From contig DATJXC010000073.1 in the NCBI GenBank assembly GCA_035500495.1, positions 4,841-68,840 on the forward strand: DNA of 64,000 nt. The letters run 5' to 3'. How positions within the stretch are numbered: position 1 is the stretch's first letter; every line of letters starts with the position of its first letter. The notes below the pieces were generated by a model. It saw only the letters and a list, made by a program, of their open reading frames with translations, made no database searches and was not told the origin of the DNA. The position numbers and the translations under genes were made by a program. Shown one piece after another: positions 48,701 to 54,706 of the stretch. The stretch is from Gemmatimonadales bacterium. Lineage in GTDB: Bacteria > Gemmatimonadota > Gemmatimonadetes > Gemmatimonadales > GWC2-71-9.

Positions 48701-49039
48701 ACGGCGACGCTCACGGCCGGCTCGGCGAATGGAGTCGCGACTGACACCGGGTTCTACTCGTATGCGAACGACGTGCAGCCCGTCTACAACGCGAACTGCA
48801 CCAGCTGCCACGGCATCGCCCCGATCCTGACGACCGGCAACTCCTACAGCCAGACCGTCAACGTCGCCTCGACCTGCGTCGCCGGTACACGAATTGTTCC
48901 CAGCTCGGCATCGACGAGCGTGCTCTATCTGCGGGTGACCGGAGGGAGTTGTGGCGTGATGCCGCCGAGTGGGCAGATATCCGCTCCCCAGCAGACCATC
49001 CTTCGAGCGTGGATCAACCGGAGCGCGCTCAACAACTAA
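39764..49039 (+). CDS. Giant (3091 aa) lipoprotein with ~29 Ig-like domains and a C-terminal monoheme cytochrome c domain
   Basis: Lipobox LFAC (Cys18); Big_2 and BACON-like domains, ~27 Big_1-like repeats; CTSCH at 48797-48811 and distal MPP at 48959. Confidence 0.9.
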   Translation: MRIRRAVVALAAGALFACTTDNVVGPKSVKDLVVSPPNPSLVVGDTLILAGIATDEHGVQFISTATTWRSSDPAVATFGSGGHLIAVSPGTTTVTATLSGVSATTTVTVTPPPAIGLSRDSVAFATIGHGTVPAAQTVTVANTSGGTLTGLTDSIAYSGTDSNWLQVAISNPTAPDTVTLAPVRSDLTIGTHTATVFLRAPKATNSPQMVTVTYVLSAGAPASEVIDSGNGQAAPVNTAVPKVPVVRVLDAFANPVPSVPVTFTVLSGGGVVVPTSAVLTDANGRARVTSWTLGTSVGPDSLTATAGPLPSAPVMFVATAIAGAPAHLQKVLGDSQTTSVGLSVPAAPTVKVTDQFGNLVANSVVTFSVKSGGGSVTGATPTTDVAGQASVGSWTLGTTAGTQQLRAGIATDSVFFTATATPDAASQLTLVTGNGQTATVGTAVPIAPKTKVTDQYGNPVSGVAVTFAIASGGGSVTGASAISDALGEAAVGSWTLGTSAGSNSLTATAPGLTGSPLTFTATGTAGAATQIALNAGNGQSATVNTAVATAPAVIVEDQFGNAVSGVSVTFAVASGGGTVNPTTAVLTNASGIAAVTSWTLGTAVGSNSLTASSTGLSGSPLTFTATATAAPASQVAVNGGNGQSATVNTAVAVAPSVIVKDQFGNPVAGVSVTFAVASGGGSITVGAATTNANGIATVGSWTLGTTAGSNTLTATSGSLTGSPVTFTATGLHGAATQIAKFAGDSQTAAVGTAVSTPPAAVVQDQFGNPVPGISVSFSVGSGGGSLTGGVTTTNASGIATVGSWTLGTTAGANTLGATSVGLSGSPLSFTATGTAGAATQMALNAGNGQTVAAGSAVPIAPSVTVRDQFNNPVAGVSVTFAVATGGGSVTGGNATTNTVGVATVGSWTLGTTAGSNSITATSIGLSGSPVNFSATGTAGAATQIALNAGNNQSATAGTPVAIPPSVIVKDQFNNPVSGVGVTFAVATGGGSVTGGSTTTNASGIATVGSWTLGTTAGTNTLTATSGSLTGSPVTFTATGTAGGATQVALNAGDGQTAAVGSAVALPPSVIVKDAFNNPVSGVNVTFAVVTGGGSVTGGSATTNAGGIATVGSWTLGTTAGSNTLNATSGSLSGSPITFTATATAGGATQIVLNAGNNQSATVGTAVTIPPSVIVKDAFNNPVSGVSVTFGVATGGGSLTGGSATSNASGIATVGSWTLGTTAGTNTLTATSGSLTGSPITFTATGTASGATQIALNAGNNQSATVGTAVAVAPSVMVKDQFNNPVSGVSVTFAVATGGGSVTGGSATTNASGIATVGSWTLGTTAGSNSLTATSGSLTGSPITFTATGTAGAATQMALNAGNGQAATVNTAVAVAPSVIVKDQFNNPVSGVGVTFAVATGGGSVTGGATTTNASGIATVGSWRLGTAAGSNSLTATSGSLNGSPVTFTATGTAGGASQIATFAGDSQSAIVGTVVGVPPAVIVKDQFGNPVAGVAVTFAVASGGGSITGASPSSNASGVATVGSWTLGAVAGKNTLTATSSGLTGSPLTFTATGLASAATTMAAVSGTGQTDTIGATLASPYVVIVTDGVNPVSGVPVTWAVVSGGGSLTAVVATTDVNGHSSAKQILGLAGGAQAVTASVGGLTGSPVTFTSTATHGNAASIALKDGSAQSDTIGATLANPYRVTVSDRGGNPVPGVTVSWAVNSGGGSITASSSSDASGIATATRTLGTTVGVTADQATATGLAGSPVAFSATITNGQAKTIALTGGNAQTDTVGKTLPVPYTVTITDRGGNPVSGYTVTWAVTSGGGSITPTSISNAAGVASASRTLGPTAGAQTATASGTGLTGSPVTFTATGVNGAAATIALSAGNAQTDTIGATLATPYSVLVTDAGSNPVAGVTVTWAATGSVGSITPSSITNASGIATATRVLGSPLGAQTATATVTGLTGSPVTFTATATAGNAKTIALNGGNTQTDTIGATLATPYAVLVTDRLGNPVSGTTVSWAATGGGGSITPSSISNASGLATATRVLGSVLGSETASATVSGLTGSPVNFSATATAGHATTIALAGGNSQTDTIGATLATPYTVHVTDRLGNDVSGTTVTWAVTGGGGSITSSSISDAGGIASATRTLGNATGANAQTATATGTGLTGSPVTFLATATAGLAANIALNAGNAQTDTINATLPTPYSVLVTDRGGNPVSGTTVTWGVTGGGGSITPSSSSNASGIASATRVLGTTVGAGFQTAQAGVTGLAGSPVTFSASAIAGNATTMALNAGDAQTDTIGATLATAYSVLVTDRLGNPVANQTIAWAATSGGGNMTPASSSTNALGIASSVRTLGTSLGSQTANATAALTGSPIGFTATATHGNPAAISVSGGDAQTDTIGATLAIPYSVTVTDRAANPVAGVTVNWSAGGGGSITTSSVTSGGGVATASRTLGTTAGTQTAQADPGFGVTPASFTATAMPGNAKTIALNAGNAQIDTIGATLATPLSVLVTDRGGNAVPGVTVTWTGSGGATPSTGSNTTNGSGIASVSLTLGTVAGGQGATATSGVLTGSPVNFSETGTAGHATQIAINGGNGQSATVNTNVATAPSAIVRDRANNLVQGTGVTFAVTGGGGSVSPTSAILTNSSGIAQVTSWTLGTVAGTNNNTLSATSGTLSGSPLAYTASATPGAVSAAQSTVAAGTASITACSTSCVAGTTASVITVTAKDQFGNPEGAGLTVNLSGSTGTNNSFSPSASGTTNGSGQFTATFSSTKAEAKTIIASVGGTTVTTQPTVTVNPDVVLLTLSTFTAGTASITACSTSCVAGSTASTLTATVKDQFSNPISGKTVTPSCSVGTSCTFSPTSGSTNGSGVFQSNFNSTLAQAKTIQAAVTGSGTITQTAGVTVNAAAPFSVSVSNQAQAARITTGVGTRPTYTVFDQFSNPVPTTAFTVAAAGGGSVSPTSGSTNASGQVTLTSWTMGSSGTETARGGFVNTATLTAGSANGVATDTGFYSYANDVQPVYNANCTSCHGIAPILTTGNSYSQTVNVASTCVAGTRIVPSSASTSVLYLRVTGGSCGVMPPSGQISAPQQTILRAWINRSALNN
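40421..48751 (+). repeat. Tandem array of ~100-103 aa Big_1-like repeats (~309-nt unit in the A block)
   Basis: 13 type A (SWTLG), 10 type B (TDTIGATL..PY..V.W), 1 A, 2 type C (CSTSC), 1 A-like; counted by eye. Confidence 0.9.
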
Positions 49040-49044
49040 ACTCA

Positions 49045-49138
49045 GTGGGAAGTACGAATGCGAAGTGCGAAATATCAATGGGATGCCGAGATTCGACCTC
49101 CCATTTTAATTTCGCACTTCGCGTTTCGTACTTCGCAC
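49045..49138. repeat. Long heptamer-unit hairpin between convergent genes, likely bidirectional terminator/REP-like element
   Basis: GTGGGAAGTACGAATGCGAAGTGCGAAAT..AATGGGA pairs with TCCCATT..ATTTCGCACTTCGCGTTTCGTACTTCGCAC. Confidence 0.8.
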
Positions 49139-50434
49139 TCAGAAGTTGTACTCAATCCCTCCCGTCCACGTTGCCGACGGCTGCATCCCGGAATTCCGCA
49201 GCGGGAACAGTCCGTTCGCCACGATCCGCATCCCCGCCCGCGTCTGGAACTTGAACCCGACCGCGAGCGACAGGTAATTGTCTTCCGAGCCCGGGATGTT
49301 CGTGACGTTCACCGATCGCGTATAGGGATACTGGTACTCGACGGGCGGAGGGATCTGCAGGGCGCTCTCGCCAACCCGCCATTCGCCCAAAACATCCAGC
49401 GCCATCGTGGCAAAGGACGACACCAGCTGATCGAACCCCGCTACCATGCTGAGCGAGTTGTTCTGGTCTTTCGCGTCCCGGAGCGTGTAGCCGAAGTTGA
49501 CGTGGGGGTTGAAGTTCCCCCACGTGGCCGAGACGATGCCGAGCCCGCGGCCCATGAACGCCCCCGAGCCCAGCAAATTGTCGGCGTCGCCGGTCGGGAA
49601 CCGCGCGTCGACGAACATGCCGACGCCCACGTGGCTCGTCTGCGCGATGTTGATCTTGAGTCGGGCTCCCACGTCCCCGAGACCCGACGCGGTCCCTTGC
49701 GTCGAGGACGTCGCGGTGAGCGTCGGGTTTGCCGTGTCGCCGAAGAAGTGCACGTTCGTTCCCGAAATCGGCAGGATCTGCGCCAGGCTCGTGCCGCTCT
49801 CACTCACGTGCACGAACGGGACCACCACGCCCAGGTCGAGCCCGTCCACGATCCCCCAGGTCAGGCTCGCCGTCGACACGATCGTGCTCGCGTTGAACGC
49901 GACCTGCACCTGCACCAGGTCGTTCTCGAACGTCGGCATCCCCATCGTATCGAGCGGGGGCACGTTCTCGTGCGTGAAATTGAATTGTAGGTTCGAGAGG
50001 GGGATCCCCCGGAGCCGCTCGAAGGTGGTGCTGGTGACGTTCAGACTCGCGAAGAACCGCCCTTTCCCGAGGGTCTGGGCGCGCTCGGCGAAGATCGGGC
50101 CGGCGGAGGTCGAGGTCTTGATCGGCACCCCGCCCTCGAATCGGAACGTCGTGCCCGAGGAGGACGACGCGATCGGGGTGTTGGAGACGCTGATGGCGAT
50201 GGAGCTCGCGATCAGGCCGATCAGCACTCCGCCATTCTGCTCCGCCGCCGGGATGAAGTGCTCCCCGTGGCCGGCCAGTGAGCCGCCGAGGCACAGCGGC
50301 TGACCGCAGTCCCCGAACGTGAACAGGTCGTGCTCGATCTCCTGGCGGAGGCCCTGAGCCGCAAGCGCGGCGGACATGCCGGTAACGAGCGAGACGAGGG
50401 CCACCAAGGATCCAACGACGCGAGGTCGTTGCAT
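49139..50434 (-). CDS. Outer-membrane beta-barrel 'transporter' (SphA/MetA-pathway-like) with N-terminal extension
   Basis: Sec signal from ATG 50434; G.GD...R.K..., RFPTG, amphipathic strands, C-terminal YNF; family call tentative. Confidence 0.7.
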   Translation of the reverse strand: MQRPRVVGSLVALVSLVTGMSAALAAQGLRQEIEHDLFTFGDCGQPLCLGGSLAGHGEHFIPAAEQNGGVLIGLIASSIAISVSNTPIASSSSGTTFRFEGGVPIKTSTSAGPIFAERAQTLGKGRFFASLNVTSTTFERLRGIPLSNLQFNFTHENVPPLDTMGMPTFENDLVQVQVAFNASTIVSTASLTWGIVDGLDLGVVVPFVHVSESGTSLAQILPISGTNVHFFGDTANPTLTATSSTQGTASGLGDVGARLKINIAQTSHVGVGMFVDARFPTGDADNLLGSGAFMGRGLGIVSATWGNFNPHVNFGYTLRDAKDQNNSLSMVAGFDQLVSSFATMALDVLGEWRVGESALQIPPPVEYQYPYTRSVNVTNIPGSEDNYLSLAVGFKFQTRAGMRIVANGLFPLRNSGMQPSATWTGGIEYNF

Positions 50435-50552
50435 GCACGCTCCTGCTGGGGTCAGGGGTCGGAGGCCAATGATACGACCGGGTGTGCGGGCCCGCAAACG
50501 GCCCCTTCGGCTTGACGAATGAATCCGGAGACCCGGATATATTGGATCCATC

Positions 50553-52586
50553 ATGCCCGACCCGACCTGTTCCCGTTGCGGCACCGCGGTGCCACCGGGC
50601 GCCCGGAACTGCCAGAACTGCGGCGCCGACATCACGGGACAGCAGGGTCAGGTCGCCACCGCCTACGTCGCCCCGACCCTGGCCGTTCCCCCGGACCTGC
50701 GCGAGGCCCTCGCCCGCGCCACGATCGGCGAATATGAGATCAAGGGTGAGCTGGGCCAGGGCGGGATGGCGTCGGTGTTTCTGGCCCACGAGATCGCCCT
50801 CGATCGCAAAGTCGCCATCAAGGTGATGGCCCCCTCCCTCGCCTCAGTGCCGGGGATGGTGGAGCGGTTCAAGCGGGAGGCACGCACCGCGGCCGCGCTC
50901 TCGCATCCCCACATCATTCCCATCTACGCGGTGAAGGAAGGCGCGGGGGTCGTCTTCTTCGTCATGAAGTTCGTGGAAGGCCGGTCGCTCGAGTCGGTGA
51001 TCCGGCAGGTGGGACAGCTGCCGCTCGCCCTGGCGCAGGGGCTCCTCTACCAGGTGGGCCAGGCCCTGGGTCACGCCCACCGCCGCGGGGTCATTCACCG
51101 CGACGTGAAACCGGCCAACGTGATGCTCGACGCCGACGGCTGGGCGGTGGTCACCGATTTCGGCATCGCCAAGGTGGCGGAGAAACAGGGGCTGACGCAG
51201 ACCGGGGCCACAATCGGGACGCCGTCTTACATGAGCCCCGAACAGTGCGCGGCCAAACGGGAGCTCACCGGGGCGTCGGATCAGTATTCGCTCGGCGTCG
51301 TCGCCTACGAAATGCTCGCGGGGCAGCTGCCCTTCTCCGCCGAAACGACGGTCGGGCTGCTCTACGCCCACGTGCATGAGCCCCCGCCCCCGATCAGCGA
51401 GCTGCGCCCCGATTGTCCTCCGGAAGTCGCCGACGCGTTGATGCGGATGCTCGAGAAAGATCCCGAAGCCCGCTGGCCCGACGTCGAGACCGCGGTCGGG
51501 GCGTTGGGCGGGGCTCCCCTCAGTCACGACGATCCGATTCACGCCCAGCTCGTAGAGCTGGCGGGAGGACGCTCCCCCTCTCCGGCCGAGACGATTCGAA
51601 CGCCGGTCAGTCCCGTGCCTCCTGGGAAGGCGGCGCCGCGAGCGCCGACCCGGACTTCGGCACCGCCCGGGCGTCGCCCCCCGACCCGCACGGCGGCCCC
51701 GCTCGCGAAAGGCGCCGCCGCCCAGGCGGCACCAGCACGGCGGGCCAGCTGGGTCCTTTGGGCGATTCCGGCCGTTGCGCTGGTCGCGGCGGGAGTGTGG
51801 TGGAAGCTGGGACGCGGGACGGGGGAAGTGGGACGGGGGGGACTCGGCGCGAGTCCCGAGTCACTGCCGACGGTTGCAGCGGTCACCCCCCCCCATCAAG
51901 GGCCGGAGACGGTCGTGGTCGTGCAGCGCCCGCCGGTCGAGACGGTGAAGGTGACGGCACCGGTCGTGCCGTCGCAGCTCGCCTCTCCCGGAAGATCTGT
52001 CGGCGGGGCGCCGCCCGACGTCTCGTTCCGGATGGCCGAAACTCGCGCGCTCTCGAACCGGATGCGCGCGGCTTCCGCCGGCGCCACACCACCAGAGCTG
52101 GCCGGCGGCGACGCCCTCGCCAGGACGGCGGAAAGTCTCTCCACGGCGGGACGTCCTCGACTGGCGACAACCAAGCTGCAGGCCGCCGAACGGTCATGGG
52201 CCTCGGCGGAAGCCGCGGCGAATCAGCGTCCCCATCCCCAGGCTCAAACCGAGTCCGCCCCTCGCATCCCGGCCGAGCGGCTGGCGATCGAGTTCGCCAC
52301 GGCGTTCGAGGAAAAGCGCATCGATCACTTGCGGCAGGCCTACCCCGGGATCACTTCCCAGCAGATCGACGAATGGAACCAGCTGTTCATGCGGGCCAAG
52401 GGGTTGCGGATGCGGCTGCGGGCCACGATCGCGCAGCCCACCGGAGGGGGCGAGGCGCAGTCCCAGTTCGACGGATTTTACGAGTACCAGGATCTGAACT
52501 CCGGAGCGAACCAGCACCAGAACGTGTCGTGGACGGCGACGCTGACCGATACACCATCAGGCTGGCGGATCACAGGCTTGCGGTAG
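50553..52586 (+). CDS. Membrane Ser/Thr protein kinase, paralog of 37448-39748 lacking Big_2
   Basis: CSRC..CQNC, LGQGGM, HRDVKPAN, DFG, GTPSYMSPEQ, TM, homologous C-terminal domain. Confidence 0.92.
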   Translation: MPDPTCSRCGTAVPPGARNCQNCGADITGQQGQVATAYVAPTLAVPPDLREALARATIGEYEIKGELGQGGMASVFLAHEIALDRKVAIKVMAPSLASVPGMVERFKREARTAAALSHPHIIPIYAVKEGAGVVFFVMKFVEGRSLESVIRQVGQLPLALAQGLLYQVGQALGHAHRRGVIHRDVKPANVMLDADGWAVVTDFGIAKVAEKQGLTQTGATIGTPSYMSPEQCAAKRELTGASDQYSLGVVAYEMLAGQLPFSAETTVGLLYAHVHEPPPPISELRPDCPPEVADALMRMLEKDPEARWPDVETAVGALGGAPLSHDDPIHAQLVELAGGRSPSPAETIRTPVSPVPPGKAAPRAPTRTSAPPGRRPPTRTAAPLAKGAAAQAAPARRASWVLWAIPAVALVAAGVWWKLGRGTGEVGRGGLGASPESLPTVAAVTPPHQGPETVVVVQRPPVETVKVTAPVVPSQLASPGRSVGGAPPDVSFRMAETRALSNRMRAASAGATPPELAGGDALARTAESLSTAGRPRLATTKLQAAERSWASAEAAANQRPHPQAQTESAPRIPAERLAIEFATAFEEKRIDHLRQAYPGITSQQIDEWNQLFMRAKGLRMRLRATIAQPTGGGEAQSQFDGFYEYQDLNSGANQHQNVSWTATLTDTPSGWRITGLR

Positions 52587-52593
52587 TAGAAGA

Positions 52594-52623
52594 CGGAGCT
52601 GACTCTTCCGCGAGTCAGCTCCG
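52594..52623. terminator. Perfect 12-bp hairpin between convergent genes
   Basis: CGGAGCTGACTC-ttccgc-GAGTCAGCTCCG; no U-tract. Confidence 0.65.
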
Positions 52624-52644
52624 CCCTCGCCCCAACGGTACGAC

Positions 52645-52953
52645 CTAGCGGCGCGAACGACGGACGCGGCGTTTGGGTCGCGCCATCCGCTTGGTCCGCT
52701 TCTTTCCCCCCGACCGCATTTCACGACGAGCCGCCGCCGCGCCCGCGACTATCGCGGCCTTCCCAGCCGCAGCCAGCAGCTTGGCCTGGCCCTCGAGCTT
52801 CTTCTGGAGGCGACGCCGCGCGACGGCGCTCGTCGCCGCCTTCTTTGCTTCGCGGGCGAGGCGATCGGCCTCCCGCATCGCGGCCAACGCCGCCGTGCGA
52901 GCCTGCTTGGCAGCCTGCACCGCCCTGCGCTGCCACTGGTTCAATCCCGCCAT
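52645..52953 (-). CDS. Small Ala/Arg/Lys-rich basic protein
   Basis: GGAGGTGA RBS, upstream TATGCT -10, strongly basic C-terminal tail. Confidence 0.65.
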   Translation of the reverse strand: MAGLNQWQRRAVQAAKQARTAALAAMREADRLAREAKKAATSAVARRRLQKKLEGQAKLLAAAGKAAIVAGAAAARREMRSGGKKRTKRMARPKRRVRRSRR

Positions 52954-53043
52954 GATTCACCTCCGCACACGGGGAACGCCAAACTGCCTCACCCAGCATA
53001 CCGCCGGGCGGGTGCCTGCGTCAGGGTGGGGTGCAGACCCGTC

Positions 53044-54576
53044 CTACCCCCGCCGGTCCAGACTGCGGTACTGAATCGCCTCGCTGACGTGTTTCGGCGC
53101 CAGCTCCGGCGCTCCCTCCAGGTCGGCGATCGTTCGCGCAATCTTCAAGATCCGGTGATACGCCCGGGCCGATAGCGCCAAGCGGGTGATCGCGGTCCGC
53201 AGCAGCGCATCGGCGCCGTCCGATACGCGGCAGTGGGTGCGGATGTCCCGCGCGCCCATGTGGGCGTTGGCGTAGATCCCCGCGCGGCCGGCGAAGCGCT
53301 CCCGTTGGATCACCCGCGCGCGGTCGACGCGATCGCGAATGGCGGCCGAGGGCTCTCCCACCCCCTGGTCGGCCAGGGCCCGGTATTTCACGGCTGGCAC
53401 CTCCAAGTGCAGATCGATCCGGTCGAGCAGCGGCCCCGAGACGCGAGCCAGATAGCGCTGCACGCCGACCGGGCCGCAAGCACAGTTGTGTTGCGGGTCG
53501 CCGAAGTACCCGCACGGGCACGGGTTCATCGCCGCCGCGAGCATGAACCGCGCCGGGTAGGTGAGGCTCATCGCCGCCCGCGCGATCGTCACGACCCCGT
53601 CTTCCATCGGCTGGCGCAGCACCTCGAGGACGTTCTTGCGGAACTCTGGCAGCTCGTCCAGGAACAACACGCCACCGTGCGCCAGGCTCACCTCCCCCGG
53701 CCGGGGGAACGACCCGCCCCCGATCAGCCCCGCATCCGAGATCGTGTGGTGCGGCGCCCGGAACGGGCGGCGCGCCACGAGCGACTCGCCGAGGGGCAGC
53801 ACGCCCGCCACCGAGTGGATCTTCGTGGTCTCGAGGGCTTCATCGAGGCTCATCCGGGGGAGGATCGTGGGGAGTCGGCGCGCCAGCATGGTCTTCCCGG
53901 AGCCGGGAGGGCCGATCAAGATGAGGTTATGCCCGCCCGCAGCGGCTACCTCGAGGGCCCGCTTGGCGTGCTGCTGGCCTTTCACTTCGGCGAAGTCCAC
54001 GTCGTCCTGCGCCCGCTCGGCAAAGAGGCGGGCGATGTCGACGGACGGAGTCGGCAGCTCGGCTTTGCCGTCCAGAAACTCCGCGATTTCCGCGAGGGTG
54101 CTCGCGCCAAGGACCCGGAGCCCTGAGACGACGCCCGCTTCAGGGAGGTTTTCCCGCGGCAGGATCAGGGCGTCGAGCCCGGCGGCGCGCGCGGCCAGAG
54201 CCACTGGTAATGCCCCGCGGACCGGGCGAACCGCGCCCTCGAGCCCCAACTCTCCCAGCACCACGACCGTGCCGAGTCGATCACCCGCGATCTGTTCGGT
54301 GGCGGCGAGGAGACCGAGGGCGATGGGGAGGTCGAAGGCGGAGCCTTCTTTGCGGATGTCGGCGGGGGCGAGGTTGACGGTGATGCGCTTCAAGGGGAAG
54401 GTGAACCCGGTGTTGGCCAGCGCGGCGTAGACCCGCTCGCGGCCCTCCTTCACCGCCCCCTGCGGCAGCCCCACGGTGACGAAGGTGGGGAGGCCGTTGG
54501 CGATGTCGGTCTCGACGTCGACCAAGTAGGCATCGATGCCGAGGATGGCGGCCGAGCGCACGCGGGCGAGCACCAC
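53044..54576 (-). CDS. comM: YifB/ComM Mg-chelatase-like AAA+ ATPase
   Basis: VNLAPAD..KEGS.FDLP, GPPGSGKT, PFRAPHH, GEVSLAH.GVLFLDE, CPCG...C.C, SGPLLDRID. Confidence 0.93.
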   Translation of the reverse strand: MVLARVRSAAILGIDAYLVDVETDIANGLPTFVTVGLPQGAVKEGRERVYAALANTGFTFPLKRITVNLAPADIRKEGSAFDLPIALGLLAATEQIAGDRLGTVVVLGELGLEGAVRPVRGALPVALAARAAGLDALILPRENLPEAGVVSGLRVLGASTLAEIAEFLDGKAELPTPSVDIARLFAERAQDDVDFAEVKGQQHAKRALEVAAAGGHNLILIGPPGSGKTMLARRLPTILPRMSLDEALETTKIHSVAGVLPLGESLVARRPFRAPHHTISDAGLIGGGSFPRPGEVSLAHGGVLFLDELPEFRKNVLEVLRQPMEDGVVTIARAAMSLTYPARFMLAAAMNPCPCGYFGDPQHNCACGPVGVQRYLARVSGPLLDRIDLHLEVPAVKYRALADQGVGEPSAAIRDRVDRARVIQRERFAGRAGIYANAHMGARDIRTHCRVSDGADALLRTAITRLALSARAYHRILKIARTIADLEGAPELAPKHVSEAIQYRSLDRRG

Positions 54577-54706
54577 CCATGGTGGCGGTCGCGGGTCACG
54601 GCAGCGGTATCTGAATTACGCTGGTGGTACCGGAATGCCGCTGCGAGGCGGACGAACGGGGGGCGGCGATCACCGTCGCCCCCCGCCGCCCCTTCCAGTT
54701 GGCGCC

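Noticed and set aside
40421-48751. Repeat array as CRISPR or satellite DNA
   Set aside because: Units are ~309 nt, in frame and synonymously diverged, with no repeat-spacer pattern or cas genes
39764-49039. Giant protein as a conductive nanowire
   Set aside because: Only one CxxCH, and roughly one Trp per ~4-nm domain, which is too sparse for electron hopping
53044-54576. comM as a sign of a mobile or competence island
   Set aside because: YifB/ComM is a common core gene; no integrase, att sites or compositional shift nearby
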